This document shows positions 61,215 through 64,000 of a DNA stretch of 64,000 nucleotides, in pieces. Numbering within the stretch: the first letter of the stretch is position 1; every line of letters begins with the position of its first letter. Source of the DNA: Desulfobacterales bacterium (GTDB taxonomy: Bacteria; Desulfobacterota; Desulfobacteria; Desulfobacterales; UBA5852); the NCBI GenBank assembly GCA_963674755.2, contig CAXXVS010000003.1, positions 1,216,001-1,280,000 on the forward strand, given 5' to 3'. The notes beneath the pieces were generated by a model. The model was not told the origin of the DNA. It ran no database searches and saw only the letters and a list, made by a program, of their open reading frames with translations. The position numbers and the translations under genes are program-made.

Positions 61215-62615
61215 GTGCTGCAACCTTCGAGCATAGGAATCTCCATCAGTTCATCAAGGGTGGCCGTCATCGGCATGCGACAGGCGTTAGGAAAGGTCGC
61301 CATCCTGTCCCGGGAGACCTTCGCCCTTGATAGCGCTAAGCCGGTTTCGGATCAGATCGAGGTCATCAAGCAACGCCTGGTGGCCTTTATCGGCCAGCAT
61401 CGTCTGGAAACGGCCAGCCGTTTTCTGGCTGTGCCCTCGCCCTCGGTGATGTGGCGCCGGATCGTATTACCGGCGGTTGCCCGGGAAAATCTGAGTGATG
61501 CTCTGCGCTATGAAGCGGAGAAATATCTGCCGATCCCGCTGGAGGAGTTGTATTGGGATTACCAGCTGATCGAAGACAATCGCAGCACCGCTGAGTTGTC
61601 GCTTCTGCTGGCGGTGATCAAGCGCAGCGACTTGGCGCCCTTCGCCGAACTGGCGGAACAGCTACCGGGCGGTCTTTCAGGGGCGGAACCGGCGGCCAGC
61701 GCCATCGCCAACGTATTTCATCGGCATGCCGATGTCCTGCCGGGGGGCAATTGCGCCCTTCTGGTGCTGACCGCCGACCAGATGCATCTCATCCACATGC
61801 AAGACGGCACCCTGCAGGGGGGGCGGACCTATCCCCGGCCATCCGACGAGGCGGCGACGATCGCCGGTCTGCGGAAAGGACTCGAAGCCCTGCGGTTGGT
61901 GGGGGGCGAGGCAACAGAAACGGATTTGTTACCGGTGATGGTTTGCGCGGATGATGCCGAGGAGGCCCTTGTGACGCGGTTCCCCGAGGCGCTTCCCCAG
62001 TTTGCCTGGCACAGGATGGACTGGCGCGAAAACGCTCTGCCCGAACCCGACATGCTGCCGGCCTACGGCCTCGCCCTGAAAGGGCTGCAGAAGCCGCTTG
62101 TGGCCATCAATCTGCTGCCTTTGAGGCTGCGCAAGCGACCCTCCCGTCTGGGACAATATCTGATGGTGGCCCTGGTGGTCCTGACGATGATCAGCGGTTT
62201 GACCTGGGGCGGCAGTGCCCTGCTCCAGAAGCGCTTCCAGCATGCCCGTCTGGATCGCGAAATCAACCGCTTGGCCGATGAGGTGGCGGATATCGACCGC
62301 CTCCAGGCCGGCACCCAGGTCCTGCGCACCAAACTGGAATTCCTCCAGGAGCAGAAAGGCGGGCCTTACAATGTGTTGGATATTCTCAAGACGCTGACCG
62401 AAATCATACCGGATTCCGCCTGGGTGCGTGAAATTGCCATCGAACCGGGCGGCATCCGGGTGGACGGGTATGCCGATGCGGCCGCCGAACTGATCCCCCT
62501 GATCGACGCCTCCCCGCTCTTTACGGATGTGGCGTTCCTCTCGGCCATTACCAAGGGACGCGACGGGAAGGAGAAATTCCGGATCGGGTTCAAGCTGGCC
62601 GCAAGACGGCCTTAA
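61215..62615 (+). CDS. gspL: GspL-like (PilM/PilN-type) T2SS protein
   Basis: Actin-like N-domain, AYGLAL..INLLP, TM helix, periplasmic ferredoxin-like tail; gene order. Confidence 0.75.
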   Translation: MLQPSSIGISISSSRVAVIGMRQALGKVAILSRETFALDSAKPVSDQIEVIKQRLVAFIGQHRLETASRFLAVPSPSVMWRRIVLPAVARENLSDALRYEAEKYLPIPLEELYWDYQLIEDNRSTAELSLLLAVIKRSDLAPFAELAEQLPGGLSGAEPAASAIANVFHRHADVLPGGNCALLVLTADQMHLIHMQDGTLQGGRTYPRPSDEAATIAGLRKGLEALRLVGGEATETDLLPVMVCADDAEEALVTRFPEALPQFAWHRMDWRENALPEPDMLPAYGLALKGLQKPLVAINLLPLRLRKRPSRLGQYLMVALVVLTMISGLTWGGSALLQKRFQHARLDREINRLADEVADIDRLQAGTQVLRTKLEFLQEQKGGPYNVLDILKTLTEIIPDSAWVREIAIEPGGIRVDGYADAAAELIPLIDASPLFTDVAFLSAITKGRDGKEKFRIGFKLAARRP

Positions 62616-62661
62616 TCCTTAGCAGCCCTGACCGCTGTCAGGGGAGTAGGAAAAGCGCAAC

Positions 62662-63225
62662 ATGGCGTTTACGTTAACCAGAGAGCGGAAGATCATTCTG
62701 ATCGGCGGGGCGATTCTTTTGCTGCTGGGCTTGATCTACAACCTGGCGCCCACCGTCCAGGGGATGTTTGCCGAAGATGAAGCCCTGGCCCTCAAGGAAC
62801 AGAAGCTGGCGAAGTACCTGGCCAAGGTCAACGAAAAGACCGCCTACGCCCGGCAGGCCAAAGCCCTTGAAAACCGGTTGCGGCGTATCGAGACCGGCCT
62901 GCTGACGCCCAAGACGCCGGCCCTGGCTGCGGTGGATATTCAGACCATGATCCGCGACATCGCTGTACGCTACGGTGCCGAGGTCAAGACGATGCGGATT
63001 CTTTCTGCGGAATCCTCGGACGACAATGCCTATGTGGCCATTCCCGTGGAAGTGACGTTGTCCTCCGACATTCGCCAACTCGTGGAAGTCCTCTACGGGA
63101 TCGAAACTTCCAGCCGCCTGCTGCATGTGGTTGACCTGACGGCCCGTGCGGCCGGACGGCGCAGCGGCAGCACAATCCTGGCAACGATGACGGTGGAAGG
63201 CTTCATGAAGAAGCAGGACGTTTGA
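62662..63225 (+). CDS. gspM: GspM-like T2SS protein
   Basis: LTRERKII, TM helix, coiled coil; gene order. Confidence 0.75.
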   Translation: MAFTLTRERKIILIGGAILLLLGLIYNLAPTVQGMFAEDEALALKEQKLAKYLAKVNEKTAYARQAKALENRLRRIETGLLTPKTPALAAVDIQTMIRDIAVRYGAEVKTMRILSAESSDDNAYVAIPVEVTLSSDIRQLVEVLYGIETSSRLLHVVDLTARAAGRRSGSTILATMTVEGFMKKQDV

Positions 63226-63250
63226 CCGTTCTAAACAACCGGACGTGACA

Positions 63251-63898
63251 ATGACGGGTAATCGATGGCTCATCATACTTTTGCTGGCGGCACTGACGGT
63301 GGTCTTTACCGTTCAGGCGGTCCGGACCTGGTTGCGGCCCTTCCAGAGCTATGCGGTTGCCGAAACCGACGAGGAAACGGGCAAAACACGTTTGCCGCCC
63401 GTGGTGAAAAAACGCCAACCGCCCATGAGTGCCTACGACGTTATTGCCACCCGGAGCCTCTTCGATCAGAACCGCACCGAAGGCGAGATCGGGGTGCAGG
63501 TCGGCAACCTTAAGGACGCGGATACCAGCCGCTATGCCAAACGCATTGGATTGTTCGGTGTGATCATCAGCGACGGGGAGAAGATGGCCCTGGTCACTAA
63601 GGATATGGGCCGCCGCGGCCGCGACGATTACCTGTGGGTGCGGGTAGGGGACGAGATCGACCGACTCAAGGTGGTGGGGATCGAACGGGACCGCATTTAT
63701 CTCCAGGAGAACGGCAGCCGGTATGAAGTTCTGCTGAGCGATCAGCGGCATCCCGACAAGCGCACCAAAGAGGAGAAGCGTCAGGGGCCGACGGTGATTT
63801 CCACCACCGTCAAGACGGAGAAGGCACCGGACGCCAAACCGCAGATCCCCAAGATCCGGGTCAAGGCGCAAAAGAAGGAACCACCAGCCAGCGACTGA
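63251..63898 (+). CDS. GspC-like T2SS protein
   Basis: TM helix; RSLFDQNR; LFGVII..VRVGDEI..IERDRIYL HR-domain-like pattern. Confidence 0.65.
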   Translation: MTGNRWLIILLLAALTVVFTVQAVRTWLRPFQSYAVAETDEETGKTRLPPVVKKRQPPMSAYDVIATRSLFDQNRTEGEIGVQVGNLKDADTSRYAKRIGLFGVIISDGEKMALVTKDMGRRGRDDYLWVRVGDEIDRLKVVGIERDRIYLQENGSRYEVLLSDQRHPDKRTKEEKRQGPTVISTTVKTEKAPDAKPQIPKIRVKAQKKEPPASD

Positions 63899-63960
63899 AT
63901 ATATACGGTTAGAGCGGCAGCTTCAGGCGCAATCGATAAAACGGAGGGGGGCGGCAACTC

Positions 63961-64000
63961 ATGAAACCCATATCAGGCGGCAATTCGATAAGGCTATCCG
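63961..64000 (+). CDS. Start of a truncated ORF, possibly the next T2SS gene
   Basis: GGAGG RBS then ATG, open to the window end. Confidence 0.35.
   Translation, partial: MKPISGGNSIRLS

Noticed and set aside
1..64000. CRISPR arrays, tRNA, rRNA, selABCD genes
   Set aside because: None seen; Sec machinery would have to be elsewhere in the genome

Overview
GC-rich bacterial DNA; the gene content (multiheme cytochromes, sigma54 activators, split-Soret-like cytochrome) suggests a sulfate-reducing deltaproteobacterium such as Desulfobacterales (inference). In order, the window holds: an Fe-S/NrfD/multiheme cytochrome operon; an RND efflux cassette with a FhlA-like sigma54 activator; an accessory zone (Y1 transposase remnants, MITE-like repeats, DUF4124, DUF2339-DUF3999, autotransporter, MocR, Fic, amine oxidase, zwf, GH63); and a ~30 kb redox/secretion island (33.7-64 kb). 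Main results: (1) Two multiheme cytochromes that the ORF track splits are each interrupted by one in-frame TGA followed by a SECIS-like hairpin (2865, 42248). Both look like OTR-type octaheme selenoproteins with Sec between hemes 1 and 2. (2) Two ~1500 aa secreted paralogs share a propeller-like scaffold carrying a diheme module in swapped order; one also has rubredoxin and dockerin-like inserts. (3) A shared bipartite enhancer plus sigma54 promoter precedes the cytochrome operon, one giant protein, the T2SS gspLMC genes and probably the two-component system, whose kinase is frameshifted at a G9 tract. Together these suggest a co-regulated, T2SS-dependent extracellular redox system. All family calls come from motif recognition by eye; no database searches were run.
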